A DNA stretch of 64,000 nucleotides from assembly GCA_027452215.1 (NCBI GenBank), contig DAIDGQ010000023.1, positions 780 through 64,779 of the forward strand, read 5' to 3'. The stretch is from Granulicella sp. Lineage in GTDB: Bacteria > Acidobacteriota > Terriglobia > Terriglobales > Acidobacteriaceae. The notes beneath the pieces were generated by a model. It saw only the letters and a program-made list of their open reading frames with translations. It was not told the DNA's origin and did not search any database. Both the position numbers and the translations under genes were made by a program. The stretch's first letter is position 1; every line of letters begins with the position of its first letter. Below are positions 16,995 to 29,914 of this stretch, piece by piece.

Positions 16995-18041
16995 ATGGGC
17001 CAGACGTCAGGGAGTGCGGGGAGTGGTGGAGCGGGACCGTCTCCGGCGGCGCGGGAGCACCTGACGGCGGGCGGCCATTCGATGCTGCGGGAGTATATGA
17101 CGCACCTTCGGGTGGAGAAGGGGCTGCGGCCGCTTAGCTGTGAGGCGTATCTGCGGGACCTGGAGATGTTTGCGGAGTTTCTGGAGGGTGGCGGCGGGGA
17201 TGGCGTTGGGGTGAAGACGTTCCTGAGCGCGGAACAGGGAGATGTGAGCGGGTTTATGCAGCACCTGCGGGAGCATGGGGTGCAGAGCCGGTCGATTGCG
17301 AGGAAGCTTAGTTGCGTGCGTGGGTTTTATAAGTGGCTGCTGATGGATAAGCGGGTGCGGCGGGATCCTACGGTGAATATTGAGTCGCCGTCGAGCTGGA
17401 AGGTGCTGCCGAAGTCGCTGGCGGAGAGTGAAGTTTCGGAGATGCTGGGGAAGACTGGGGCCGCTGCTCGGGCGGCGGATGCGAGTGGGGCGGCGCTGCG
17501 GGATCATGCGATGCTCGAGCTGCTGTATGCGGGAGGGCTGCGGGTGGGGGAGATTGTCGCGCTGCGGCAGGAGGATTTGCGACTGGAGACGGCGAGCGTG
17601 CAGGTGCGGGGCAAGGGCGATAAGGAGAGGATTGTGCCGATCGGGCGCAGCGCGGTGGAGGCGATTGAAAACTATGTGAAGCGCGGGCGGCCCGAGTTGG
17701 TGAGGGGTGCGGGGATGCAGCGGGCGCTGTTTGTGTCGGTGCGGGGACATGCGCTGACGACGCAGGCGGTTTGGCAGATGGTGCGGGGTGTGAATCGGCA
17801 GGCTAGCCCGCATAAGCTGCGGCATAGTATGGCTACGCATATGGTGGAGCATGGGGCGGACCTTCGTTCCGTGCAGACGATTTTGGGGCATGCCGATATT
17901 GCTACTACGCAGGTGTATACGCATCTGGCGATTGACCGGTTGAAGACGGTGCATCGGATGTGTCATCCGCGGGCCAGGAGGAGAGAGGGCTCAGGGCTTA
18001 GGGCCCAGGGGTCAGAGGGTGCGGTGGGGGTGGAGGCGTGA
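16995..18041 (+). CDS. xerD: Tyrosine recombinase XerD-like
   Basis: [63 protein letters not shown]. Confidence 0.88.
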   Translation: MGQTSGSAGSGGAGPSPAAREHLTAGGHSMLREYMTHLRVEKGLRPLSCEAYLRDLEMFAEFLEGGGGDGVGVKTFLSAEQGDVSGFMQHLREHGVQSRSIARKLSCVRGFYKWLLMDKRVRRDPTVNIESPSSWKVLPKSLAESEVSEMLGKTGAAARAADASGAALRDHAMLELLYAGGLRVGEIVALRQEDLRLETASVQVRGKGDKERIVPIGRSAVEAIENYVKRGRPELVRGAGMQRALFVSVRGHALTTQAVWQMVRGVNRQASPHKLRHSMATHMVEHGADLRSVQTILGHADIATTQVYTHLAIDRLKTVHRMCHPRARRREGSGLRAQGSEGAVGVEA

Positions 18042-19144
18042 GCGGGAGGAAGCGTCGCAGCAACGAGGAAGCTGCAGGTCTCTCCACTGCACTTCGCTCC
18101 GGTCGAGATGACAGAGATGTGGGGGTGCGCGAGAGCTCTGGTCAAGATGGCAAAGTTATTGAATTAGGCGAGCGGTTTCTTGCGATGATGCGGGATGAGC
18201 GGGGGGCTAGTGAACATACGCTGCGGGCTTACTCGCGGGAGGTGCGGGGGTTCGCGGAGTTTTTGACGGAGACGCTGGGGGACGGGGCGGCGATGTCGAG
18301 CGTGGAGCACACGCATATTCGCGCGTACATGGCTACGCTGATGGATCGCGGGCTGACGAAGGCTAGTGTGGCGCGGGCGCTGGCGGCGATTCGGAGCTGG
18401 TTCAAGTGGGCTGCCAAGGCGGGGTTGGTGGAGAGTAATCCGGCGCTGCTGGTGAGTACTCCGAAGCTGCCGAAACATCTGCCGAGAGTGCCGAGTATGG
18501 AGGAGGTGAATCGGGTGCTGGATTCGATGGGACAGGGATTAGGGATTAGGGAACAGGGATTAGGGAAAGACACTGTTCGCAACGATGAGACGGCGGGGAG
18601 CTGGCCGGAGCGGGAGCGGGTGATTTTTGAGTTGCTGTATGGGTGCGGGATTCGGAACTCGGAGTTGGTGGGGCTGGATGTGGATGCGATCTATTGGCGG
18701 GATGATGCGATTCGCGTGTTTGGGAAAGGGAAAAAGGAGCGGCTGGTGCCGTTGGGCGATGCTGCGGCCGAGGCCGTGAGGGCTTATCTTCCGTTGCGGC
18801 AGGCGAAGCTGGAGAGTGCGGGGTTGGGGAAGCTGGTGCATGAGGGGCCGCTGTTGATTCGGGTGCGCGTGGGTGTGGGGGCGAAGGGCGCGGCTCGGTT
18901 GACGACGCGGAGTGTGGGGAGGATTGTGAAGTCGATTGCGCTGAGTGGGGGGCTGGCGGCGGATGTGCATCCGCATACGCTGCGCCATGCGTTTGGGACG
19001 CACATGCTGGAAGAGGGAGCAGACCTGCGGGCGATCCAGGAGATGCTGGGGCATGAGCGGCTGAGCACGACGCAGCGGTATACGCAGCTGACGGTGGGAC
19101 AGGTGCAGAGGGTGTATGACGAGACCCACCCGCGAGCGAAGTAG
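18038..19144 (+). CDS. xerC: Tyrosine recombinase XerC-like
   Basis: [56 protein letters not shown] start overlaps the xerD stop; the true start could be later. Confidence 0.88.
   Translation: MSGRKRRSNEEAAGLSTALRSGRDDRDVGVRESSGQDGKVIELGERFLAMMRDERGASEHTLRAYSREVRGFAEFLTETLGDGAAMSSVEHTHIRAYMATLMDRGLTKASVARALAAIRSWFKWAAKAGLVESNPALLVSTPKLPKHLPRVPSMEEVNRVLDSMGQGLGIREQGLGKDTVRNDETAGSWPERERVIFELLYGCGIRNSELVGLDVDAIYWRDDAIRVFGKGKKERLVPLGDAAAEAVRAYLPLRQAKLESAGLGKLVHEGPLLIRVRVGVGAKGAARLTTRSVGRIVKSIALSGGLAADVHPHTLRHAFGTHMLEEGADLRAIQEMLGHERLSTTQRYTQLTVGQVQRVYDETHPRAK
18074..18112 (+). repeat. REP-like element inside or at the 5' end of xerC
   Basis: GCAGGTCTCTCCACTGCACTTCGCTCCGGTCGAGATGAC, translating as [13 protein letters not shown]; resembles a dispersed REP family as I recall it. 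Confidence 0.6.
18533..18566 (+). repeat. AGGGATT/AGGGAAC heptamer repeat in-frame within xerC
   Basis: CAGGGATTAGGGATTAGGGAACAGGGATTAGGGA encodes [11 protein letters not shown]; same unit as at 4151-4260. Confidence 0.85.
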
Positions 19145-19275
19145 GGACTGCGCGTCCAGCGGGGGGCTTCGCGTGGCGGTGTGGACTGCGTGGGCAGGTA
19201 CGGCTGCTTGGGCGGGACTGCTGCTGGTTGAGTGGGGGACTGCGTCTGGGGCTTCGCGCGGCGGGGTTGGCGGAG

Positions 19276-19599
19276 TTAGTAGCGAGGGATAGTGGGGTCG
19301 ATGAGACGGGACCAGGCGTCGATGCCTCCGGAGACGGATTGGGCCTTGTCGAAGCCTTGCTGACGGAGCCAGGCGGCGACGGAGAGAGAGCGGGCTCCGT
19401 GGTGGCAGAGGACGAGGATGGGGGCGTCTTCTTCGAGCTCCTGGTGGGCGCGGGCGGGGATTTCGTTCATGGGGATGAGGGTGGCGGAGGGGATATTCGC
19501 GGTGGCGTGCTCCCAGGGCTCGCGGACGTCGAGGAGGAGCGGAGGGTGCTCGGAGGCGAGGAGGGACTGGAGTTGGGCTACGGTGATTTCGAGGTCCAT
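19276..19599 (-). CDS. Rhodanese-like domain protein
   Basis: LLDVREPWE, CHHGARS, GGIDAWS..IDP.IPRY. Confidence 0.93.
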   Translation of the reverse strand: MDLEITVAQLQSLLASEHPPLLLDVREPWEHATANIPSATLIPMNEIPARAHQELEEDAPILVLCHHGARSLSVAAWLRQQGFDKAQSVSGGIDAWSRLIDPTIPRY

Positions 19600-19682
19600 A
19601 CGCTTAAGGATACAGGGGGAGCTACGGGGAGGGCGAGGGGCTTCGCGTGGAGGGCGATGGCTGGCGGGTAATAGAGGCGGGA

Positions 19683-21233
19683 TTAGCGGACCGCGGCTTC
19701 AAAGGGGAGGAAGAGGGTGAAGACGGTACCGTGGTGGGCGGGGGACTGGCTGCTGCGGACGCACAGGACGCCGCGATGGCGATGGACGATTTCTTTGCTG
19801 ACCCAGAGGCCGAGGCCGGTGCCGGTGACTCCCTTGGTGGTGAAGAAGGGGTTGAAGATTTTGGCCTGGGTTTGGGGGGACATGCCGGTGCCGATGTCTG
19901 CGATGGTGATGGTGACGCCGGTCTCATGGGAGGGCCAGTGGGTGGACTCCCGCTCGCGGACGAAGAGGGTACCACCGCTTGGCATGGAGTCGAGGGCGTT
20001 GCTGACGAGGTTGGAGAGGACCTGACGAATCTCTCCGTCGAAGCAGTGGACTTTGCGATGGGCGCGGCTGCGGCGATTGACGTGAACGCGCGAGTTGCCG
20101 ATGCGGCCCTGATAGATGGAGAGGACGGTGTCGAGGAGATCGGAGACGTCGATCTGCTGGGGGCTGCTGGCCTGGCGGTGAAAGCGGAGGGTCTGGCTGG
20201 TGATGGCGGCGGCGCGGCGAAGCTCGACTTCAGCGGTGTCGAGGTAGCGGCGTGACTCCTCGAAGGTGTCGGAGATCTGGGCGAGGTAGAGTAGGTTGGT
20301 GACGGCTTCGAGGGGGTTATTGATCTCGTGGGCGATGGAGCTGGCGAGGCGGCCGACGACGGCGAGCTTTTCGCTTTGGATGAGAGCGAGTTCGGCCTTG
20401 CGCTGCTGGGTGATTTCGAGAGAGGCGGCGCTGATGGCCTCAATGGAGCCGTCGGGAGCGTGGACGGGGAAGTAGCTGACGGTCCAGTAACGGTGCTCGT
20501 CGGGGTCGGTGACGAGGGATCCTTCGAGAGGATAGTTGATGACGGGCTGACCGGAGCGGACCTGGTCGAATAGCTCTTTGAGGCCCTGGATCGGAGCCAT
20601 TTCGGTGAGGGTGCGACCGACGATCTGCTCGGGTTTGAGGCCGAAGAAGGAGGCCTGGAGGTCGTTGAGACGGAGGTAGCGGTACTCGTCGACGTCGAAG
20701 AGCGCGAGGCCGATGGGAGCGGTTTGATAGATGGATTCGAGTTCGGCGTGCTGGCGTTCGGCCTCTGCGGTCTTGCGCTGGAGTGCTTCGAGGCTGAGCT
20801 TCTCAGAGGTGAAGTCGCGAAAGAAGATGATGATGCCGTCGTCGGTGGGATAGCTTTTGACTCGCAGCCAGACGTTGAGGGGGTCGGGGTAGAAGGCTTC
20901 GAACTCCGTACGAAGGCCTTCGTCCATGCTGCGGCGATAGTTTTCGACGTAGGGAGAGCCTTCGTAGACGGCTGCGGGAAAGGCTTCGTAGAGGTTTATG
21001 CCAGTGAGGTCGCGGCCCTGGGAGATGATCTCGCGGGCACGGCGATTGAGAAAGGTGAAGTGATACCCACGATCGAGGAAGATGATCGCATCGGTGGTGG
21101 CCTCAAAAAACTGCTCCATTTGCCGGAGGAGTAAAGCTGCTTCGCCATCCGTGCGGGTTAAATTTGTACGCAAGCAAAGTCCTTGGGAGAGATAGACAAG
21201 ACTGGCCGCAGGTATGCGATTCCTGGTGACCAA
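19683..21233 (-). CDS. PAS-domain sensor histidine kinase (no adjacent response regulator)
   Basis: Two PAS domains; SIAHEINNPL H-box, NLVSNA, D.GTG, FFTTK, GTGLGL. Start may be ATG 21119. Confidence 0.92.
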   Translation of the reverse strand: MVTRNRIPAASLVYLSQGLCLRTNLTRTDGEAALLLRQMEQFFEATTDAIIFLDRGYHFTFLNRRAREIISQGRDLTGINLYEAFPAAVYEGSPYVENYRRSMDEGLRTEFEAFYPDPLNVWLRVKSYPTDDGIIIFFRDFTSEKLSLEALQRKTAEAERQHAELESIYQTAPIGLALFDVDEYRYLRLNDLQASFFGLKPEQIVGRTLTEMAPIQGLKELFDQVRSGQPVINYPLEGSLVTDPDEHRYWTVSYFPVHAPDGSIEAISAASLEITQQRKAELALIQSEKLAVVGRLASSIAHEINNPLEAVTNLLYLAQISDTFEESRRYLDTAEVELRRAAAITSQTLRFHRQASSPQQIDVSDLLDTVLSIYQGRIGNSRVHVNRRSRAHRKVHCFDGEIRQVLSNLVSNALDSMPSGGTLFVRERESTHWPSHETGVTITIADIGTGMSPQTQAKIFNPFFTTKGVTGTGLGLWVSKEIVHRHRGVLCVRSSQSPAHHGTVFTLFLPFEAAVR

Positions 21234-21287
21234 TTTTGTGATGCCGACCGTGGACTTGAGGATGGCTTGAACGGAGCGGGAAAGTTG

Positions 21288-24287
<3,000 letters not shown>

Positions 24288-24377
24288 GGGAATTTCCTTT
24301 ATTGGGAGAGGGAGTGGCGCGCACGTGCGCCGAAAAGGGTGTGCGGAGGAGGCCGCAGGACGCTGGGGGAGCGTCGT

Positions 24378-24683
24378 TTAGCTGAGGCTGGAGGTGACGG
24401 CGTGGAGCGAGGCCGTGTGTTGCGCGGGCGGGCGCATGGTCCAGACGGCGGTGTGGAGCGCACGGTGGGCGGGGGCGAGCACGAAGGCTTCGGCGAGCGG
24501 AGGTGCGGCGTGTTGCGCGAGAGGCTTATTAGCGACGGCTGCGGCTGCGCTCTGAGAGAGCAGCATGCTGATGTAGCGGCCGCCGAGGGTGAGGTGTCCG
24601 GACCGCAGGCCGCTGGCATCTGCTGCGCTCAGGGACGAGAGCAGAAGGAGGAGGCAGGCGAGATGGCGAGGGCGCAGACGCAT
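24378..24683 (-). CDS. Small signal-peptide ORF directly upstream of secA (candidate SecM-like monitor)
   Basis: Basic n-region, hydrophobic LACLLLLLSSL, A-x-A site; WTMRPP near the C-terminus; TAACAT 9 nt before the ATG; 90 nt from the secA start. Confidence 0.55.
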   Translation of the reverse strand: MRLRPRHLACLLLLLSSLSAADASGLRSGHLTLGGRYISMLLSQSAAAAVANKPLAQHAAPPLAEAFVLAPAHRALHTAVWTMRPPAQHTASLHAVTSSLS

Positions 24684-24881
24684 GTGCTTTCTATGTTAAA
24701 CGAAATGTGGGGGGAATGGAGGGTTGATTGCGGTTTCGGGGCTGGGTGGGTTTGAGGTGGGTGCTTTGGCTTTCGAAATGCCGACTTTTGCGGGGATACT
24801 GGTCTGATTGGTAGATGCGCTTATGGATGCGGATGGACAGACGAACTCGCTGAGCTACTTTCAGAAGGTAGACTCATATCC

Positions 24882-25742
24882 ATGATTCGGCACCTTTGCG
24901 TCGCTGGTTTGCTGCTGACAACGATTGGATCGACCTCAAACCTGCGGGGACAGACCGGCCAGGCCATGGCCGCCATGCCTTCAGCGAGCCCGACGAAGCC
25001 GCCGATCGCGTGGGACACTGTCTCGATCCACAAGCATGATCCGAATGACACGAACATGCGCTGGGGTTCGACGCCGGATGGCATTGGCGCAAATGGCGTC
25101 ACTCTCCGAACACTGATCAGTCAGGCGTATGGCTTCTCCGCACTGGAGCTGCGTGATGATGAACTGATCGGGCTGCCCGGATGGGCGAAGGATGACCGAT
25201 ACGATGTTGCGGCCAAAGTAAGCTCGGACGACGTGCCAGCGTGGGAAAAAATTGACCACATGAGCATGGAAGAGACCATCCAGCATCTGCTGAGCCATGA
25301 GCCGACGCCCGACATGCTGATGATGCGCAGCCTTCTGGAGGAGCGGTTCGGCCTGAAGGTGCACTATGAGACAAGGACGGAGCCGGTCTATGAGTTGGTG
25401 GTGGACAAAGGCGGTCCGAAGCTGAAGCCTGCGGCGGACCCTAAGCACGGGAATATGAACTGGAACACCGGAGTGATGAAGGGGGATGGCATACCGATGC
25501 CGTTCCTGGCGATGCTGTTGAGTATGCCTCTGCAGCGCAGCGTAGTCGATCACACAGGCTTGGGTGGTCATTTCGATTTTGAGCTCCATTTCCTTCCAGA
25601 CAACACGCCACCGAGCACGGATAATAACGATCCAGACCTTTTTACAGCGGTTCGCGAGCAGCTCGGGTTGAGACTGAAGTCTTCGAGGGGACCCGTGATG
25701 GTGGTTGTGGTGGATAGCCTCCATGAGCCTTCGGGGAACTAG
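24882..25742 (+). CDS. TIGR03435-like secreted protein (acidobacterial soil-associated family)
   Basis: TLRTLISQAYG, G.P.W....RYDV.AK, LLEERFGLKVH.E, VVD.TGL.G.FDF.L, LFTAVREQLGLRL, P.P.GN end. Confidence 0.9.
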   Translation: MIRHLCVAGLLLTTIGSTSNLRGQTGQAMAAMPSASPTKPPIAWDTVSIHKHDPNDTNMRWGSTPDGIGANGVTLRTLISQAYGFSALELRDDELIGLPGWAKDDRYDVAAKVSSDDVPAWEKIDHMSMEETIQHLLSHEPTPDMLMMRSLLEERFGLKVHYETRTEPVYELVVDKGGPKLKPAADPKHGNMNWNTGVMKGDGIPMPFLAMLLSMPLQRSVVDHTGLGGHFDFELHFLPDNTPPSTDNNDPDLFTAVREQLGLRLKSSRGPVMVVVVDSLHEPSGN

Positions 25743-25871
25743 GTCTTGGAAGGCCCGCTTGGCGTCGGTAATCCTGATGTTTATTGAAAGCGTGGGGTGT
25801 GGGTGAGTTTGCGGGCGTTGGGTTTGGGGCTGGCTGCGAGGCAGGGATACCTGAGGAGCAACGGCTCTTTT

Positions 25872-26615
25872 TCAGGGAGTGTCGCCACGAATATAGAGGA
25901 CTGGATCCGTGCCCTTCACTCGCTGGGCCAGCCGTTCTGCCTCTTGTTTGCTTACTGGTTGAATGCTGATCGGAGAGGACAGGTAGAAGTCCATCTGCGA
26001 CTCTGCGGGTATCTCGACTACCGGTCTTGGCGTTACGACCGCCGCGGCTTCGACGGCTCCGGCTCCGAGGGCTGCGCCGCCGCCGAGGTCTTCAGCATCG
26101 CTCTGCGGCGTGACTCCACTTTTTGCGCTGCCTGCGATGACGGCTCCGGCAAGCGCTCCGATCACCGCGCCTCCTTCGACGTTCTTCAGGGTCGGTTTCG
26201 ATTTGCTCGTACCCTGCACTTTGAGCTGATAGGTGTAAAGGGGATAAGTTTCTCCGCCAAGATCCAGCGAGTCCAGTTGGAGAGTCAATTCGGGAGTTCC
26301 GCTCATCCTCCCGGCCTTCTTGTTGAGGAGGACTTCGCCGTGGATCGTTGCGCCGCGAGGAATCACGAGGACATGGTGGACGACCACGTCTTCGTTCACA
26401 TCGAAGGTCACTGGCATTTGATTTTTGGATCGCTTCGTACTCAGTGGCTGGTCTGTGATGACCCGTATCAACGTGTTTTCAAGAACCGTGACATGGGTTC
26501 CGGGAGTGCCATAGGACGGGACTGCGGTCTGCGGGGTCGGAGACTGCCCGACTGCTGTGCGCAGGAGAGAGAGCAGGAGAAGGACGCAAGCGAGATGGCG
26601 GTCACGGAGAGGCAT
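25872..26615 (-). CDS. Secreted hypothetical protein (beta-rich, TrbI/VirB10-like pattern, Gly-zipper)
   Basis: Signal peptide; VIPRGATIHGEV, GGAVIGALAGA, VEIPAES.M.F.L pattern also seen in the C-domain of the BON protein. Confidence 0.7.
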   Translation of the reverse strand: MPLRDRHLACVLLLLSLLRTAVGQSPTPQTAVPSYGTPGTHVTVLENTLIRVITDQPLSTKRSKNQMPVTFDVNEDVVVHHVLVIPRGATIHGEVLLNKKAGRMSGTPELTLQLDSLDLGGETYPLYTYQLKVQGTSKSKPTLKNVEGGAVIGALAGAVIAGSAKSGVTPQSDAEDLGGGAALGAGAVEAAAVVTPRPVVEIPAESQMDFYLSSPISIQPVSKQEAERLAQRVKGTDPVLYIRGDTP

Positions 26616-26741
26616 CCTTCTACAACTTATATGAACTCCAGTAGAAGTGGGGCATCCCATTCTGAGTTGTAGCGGGGGTTCCTGGATACGAGAGAGGTTT
26701 GCTCGAAGCGAATCAGGAGAAATTCAGCTAATCTATCGAGC

Positions 26742-28970
26742 ATGCAGACATTTAGCCGCTGGATTGGCGCATCGTTGTCGTTCGCTTTGGTGATGGGTTC
26801 GGTGGGATATGGGCAGGATAAGGCTGCTGCGGCTATTGCTCCTACTGCGGCTGTTGCGGCTCAGGGTGGCGGGGCGTTTCCTTCGAATGAGCAGATGCGG
26901 CATTACGGGGGGATGGGGAGTCCTCGGCTGTCGCCGGATGGGAGGCGGGTGCTGGTGCAGATTACGGACTCGACGGCGGAGGGGGCGAAGAGTCATCTGT
27001 GGGTGGCGGAGGTGGGAGGAGCGCAGGCTCGGCAGTTGACGTACTCTCCTGCGGCGGATAAGCGCGGCGAGCGTGCGGGTGAGTGGATGCCGGATGGGCA
27101 GAGTGTGCTGTTTCTGGCCAAGCGCGGGGAGCATACGGCGCTGTATCGGCTGCCGATGAATGGGGGCGAGGCGAAGGCGTTTGAGGTGAAGGTTCCGGTG
27201 ATGGCGGATGAGTCGAAGGTGAAGGGAGCGCTGCCTCCGGCGAAGGAGACTAAGGACGCGGAGAAGAGTGAGGAGACGGCCGGGGAGAAGAGTGAGCCGG
27301 TGGAGGCGGATGTGGCGGGGTATCGGATTGCGCCGGATGGGAAGACGGTGGCGCTGGTGGTGAGTGATCCTCAGACGCCGGGAGAGAAGAAAGCGAAGGA
27401 CGCGAAGGCGGATGCGGAGTGGGTGGATCATGGGCTTCATCGGACTCGGTTGTATTTGATGAGTGTGGATGCGAAAGGCGGGGAGGCTAAGGATGGGGAT
27501 GCTAAAGAGGGGGCTGCGGAGAAGCTGACGCTGGTGGGGGTTCCGGTGGATGTGCGGGGGGCGGCGTGGAGTGCGGATTCTACGAAGCTGGTGGTGGATG
27601 CGGAGGAGCCGAATGGGGTGGATGAGCTGGGGCCGGCGGGGAGTACGTGGGTGGTGACGGCGAGCGATGCGGCGCATCCGGTGAAGGTGGCGGAGATTCC
27701 GGCGACGGCGGAGAATGCGGTGTGGTCGAGAGATGGGCTGGGGGTGGTGTACCTGGCGCAGGCGAAGAGGGATGCTCCTCCGGGTTATGCGGATTTGTAT
27801 GAGTACACGCTGGCGACGAAGGCGGTGCGGGATTTGACGGATGGGTTTGAGGGATCGGTGGGGCATCAGCAGCCGATTGCGCTGGCGGATGGGGGCGTGG
27901 TGGAGGATGTGGAGATGGGGGTGGAGGCGGGGCTGATGCGGTACTCGGCTGCGGGGAAGGCGGAGGCGGTGAAGCTGCCGATTGCGGCGGTGGCAGCGGT
28001 GGCGACGAATGAGGCGCAGAGTGGCTGGGTGTTTGTGGGGAGCAGCGGGGGGAAGGAGACGGAGCTGCTGTATTCGCCGACGCTGGGGGGAGAGGTGAAG
28101 GTGCTGGCGACTCCGGCGCTGACTCCGAAGGGCGTGAGATCGGAGGCGCCGAAGAGAATTTCCTGGATGTCGGAGGGGCCGAGGGGAGAGAAGCTGAAGA
28201 TTGAGGGGATGCTGTATCTGCCTCCTGAGGCTGCGGCGGGGACGGCGAATGAGAAGGCTCCGCTGGTGGTGGAGGTGCATGGAGGACCCCTGGGATCGTA
28301 TGTGGATAGCTACTCTACGTTCACGGATTTCTTGTTGGGACAGGGGTGGGCGGTGCTGCGGACCAATCCTCGGGGAAGTACGGGACGGGGCGCGGCGTTT
28401 GCTGCGGCGAACAAGAACGATCTGGGTGGTGGGGACTATCGGGACATTATGGCGGGCGTGGACTATGTGCTGAAGACGGAGCCGATTGATGGCGATAAGC
28501 TGGCGCTGATGGGGTATAGCTATGGCGGCGAGATGGCCGCGTTTGTGGAGACGAAGACGACTCGGTTCAAGGCGATTGTGAGTGCGGCTCCGGTGATCGA
28601 TCAGAACAGCGAGTATGGGACGGAGAAGGGGAGCTGGTACGACCAGTGGTACTTTGGGAAGCCGTGGATGCATGAGGCGGATGCGTGGCGGCAGAGTCCG
28701 CTGTCGGGTGCGGATAAGGCGAAGACTCCGTTCATGCTGCTGCAGGGGGAGGACGATACGACGGACCCGCTGGGGCAGTCGCTGGAGATGTATCATGCGC
28801 TGCGGCAGATGGGCGTTCCGGTGGAGTTGATTACGTATCCGAGGGTGGACCATGGGCCGCTGGGTGGGGCGATCTATGGGAGCCCGTCGCCGGAGCCGTG
28901 GCATGGGTTCGATGCTCGGCAGAGGGTGGTGGAGTTTATTGGGAAGGGGTTTGGGAAGAGCAGCGAGTAG
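26742..28970 (+). CDS. S9 family peptidase (dipeptidyl aminopeptidase / acylaminoacyl peptidase)
   Basis: Signal peptide, SPDG propeller repeats, VHGGP, GYSYGG nucleophile, GEDD and DHG catalytic motifs. Confidence 0.95.
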   Translation: MQTFSRWIGASLSFALVMGSVGYGQDKAAAAIAPTAAVAAQGGGAFPSNEQMRHYGGMGSPRLSPDGRRVLVQITDSTAEGAKSHLWVAEVGGAQARQLTYSPAADKRGERAGEWMPDGQSVLFLAKRGEHTALYRLPMNGGEAKAFEVKVPVMADESKVKGALPPAKETKDAEKSEETAGEKSEPVEADVAGYRIAPDGKTVALVVSDPQTPGEKKAKDAKADAEWVDHGLHRTRLYLMSVDAKGGEAKDGDAKEGAAEKLTLVGVPVDVRGAAWSADSTKLVVDAEEPNGVDELGPAGSTWVVTASDAAHPVKVAEIPATAENAVWSRDGLGVVYLAQAKRDAPPGYADLYEYTLATKAVRDLTDGFEGSVGHQQPIALADGGVVEDVEMGVEAGLMRYSAAGKAEAVKLPIAAVAAVATNEAQSGWVFVGSSGGKETELLYSPTLGGEVKVLATPALTPKGVRSEAPKRISWMSEGPRGEKLKIEGMLYLPPEAAAGTANEKAPLVVEVHGGPLGSYVDSYSTFTDFLLGQGWAVLRTNPRGSTGRGAAFAAANKNDLGGGDYRDIMAGVDYVLKTEPIDGDKLALMGYSYGGEMAAFVETKTTRFKAIVSAAPVIDQNSEYGTEKGSWYDQWYFGKPWMHEADAWRQSPLSGADKAKTPFMLLQGEDDTTDPLGQSLEMYHALRQMGVPVELITYPRVDHGPLGGAIYGSPSPEPWHGFDARQRVVEFIGKGFGKSSE

Positions 28971-28973
28971 CTT

Positions 28974-29345
28974 CTAGCTTCTAGCTCCTAGCTTGGTTTC
29001 GTTGCGGCTGGCGTGGATGAGGAGCCCGGCGGCGGTTAGGAGGAGGGCGAGGGTGGGCACTGACCAGTTGAGGACGAGGCGGGCGGTGGAGGGGATAGCG
29101 GTGGAGATGGTGGAGGATTGGTAGGCGAAGGCTGCGGCTGCGGCGGCAGTGATGAGGCTGATGAGGGACATGATGCGCAGGGGGAGAGTGGCGCGGGCGA
29201 TGGCTCGTTGGCGGGCTCGGCGTTGGGAGCGGAGCCAGACGGCGGAGGCGGGTGGAGGGGTATGGTGGTGCGCGATGTCCGCGGCGAGAGACTGCAGGGC
29301 GTTGCGGAGAGCGATGTCGGTGGGGTTGTTGTGGGGGCTATTCAT
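28974..29345 (-). CDS. Two-TM membrane protein, putative anti-sigma factor
   Basis: Start overlaps the sigma stop (ATGA); PPASAVW.R motif; two hydrophobic helices. Confidence 0.6.
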   Translation of the reverse strand: MNSPHNNPTDIALRNALQSLAADIAHHHTPPPASAVWLRSQRRARQRAIARATLPLRIMSLISLITAAAAAAFAYQSSTISTAIPSTARLVLNWSVPTLALLLTAAGLLIHASRNETKLGARS

Positions 29346-29914
29346 TGGGGTGATCCGTTGGGGTTGAGGAGGGCTGCGGCTTTCTTGCGAGCGCGGTAGA
29401 GGAGCATGCGGACGCTGAGGGATTGGAGGCCGGTGGCAGCGGCGATTTCGTTGTGGCTCATGCCTTCGACGTAGGCGAGCCAGAGGAGTTCGCGCTCGCG
29501 GGGCTTGAGGGTCTGGAGGGCGGCGCGGACGTCGATGGAGGTGTCGAGGTTGGGGGAGTGGGTGGCGTTAGTGAGTTCATCGGGCTCGGGGAAGGGCTGG
29601 TGATCTTTGCGACGCCAGCGGTCGCGGACGAGGTTGGTGGCGATGCGGAAGAGATAGCGGCGGGTCTGGTCGGCGTCCATGGAGGGATGGGGGTGGGAGA
29701 GGAGACGGATGTAGGTTTCCTGGAGGAGGTCTTCTGCGAGATGGTGATGGCTGGTGACGGCGATGAGGTAGGCGAGGATGGGGCGGGAGGTGGCATCGTA
29801 GAGCAGTTGGAAGGCGGGCTCGGTCATGGGAGCGCTGGCCTTCGCGGCGGGAGAAGACGGGAGGGATTGGGCGCGGGAGAAGAGGCCGCGTGCCGGATCA
29901 TCCGCGAGGGTCAT
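29342..29914 (-). CDS. ECF RNA polymerase sigma factor
   Basis: AEDLLQETY, YLFRIATNLVRD, L.PRERELLWLAYVEGMS..EIA. Confidence 0.92.
   Translation of the reverse strand: MTLADDPARGLFSRAQSLPSSPAAKASAPMTEPAFQLLYDATSRPILAYLIAVTSHHHLAEDLLQETYIRLLSHPHPSMDADQTRRYLFRIATNLVRDRWRRKDHQPFPEPDELTNATHSPNLDTSIDVRAALQTLKPRERELLWLAYVEGMSHNEIAAATGLQSLSVRMLLYRARKKAAALLNPNGSPQ

Noticed and set aside
16995-19144. Prophage or integrative-element integrases
   Set aside because: Both have chromosomal XerC/XerD signatures and host-like codon usage, sit among housekeeping genes and have no phage or conjugation genes nearby.
24674-24701. dif-like site (CTATGTTAAAC resembles the XerD arm TTATGTTAAAT)
   Set aside because: The XerC arm does not match at the 6-bp spacing and G skew does not flip here. 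Better explained as a TAACAT -10 box on the minus strand.
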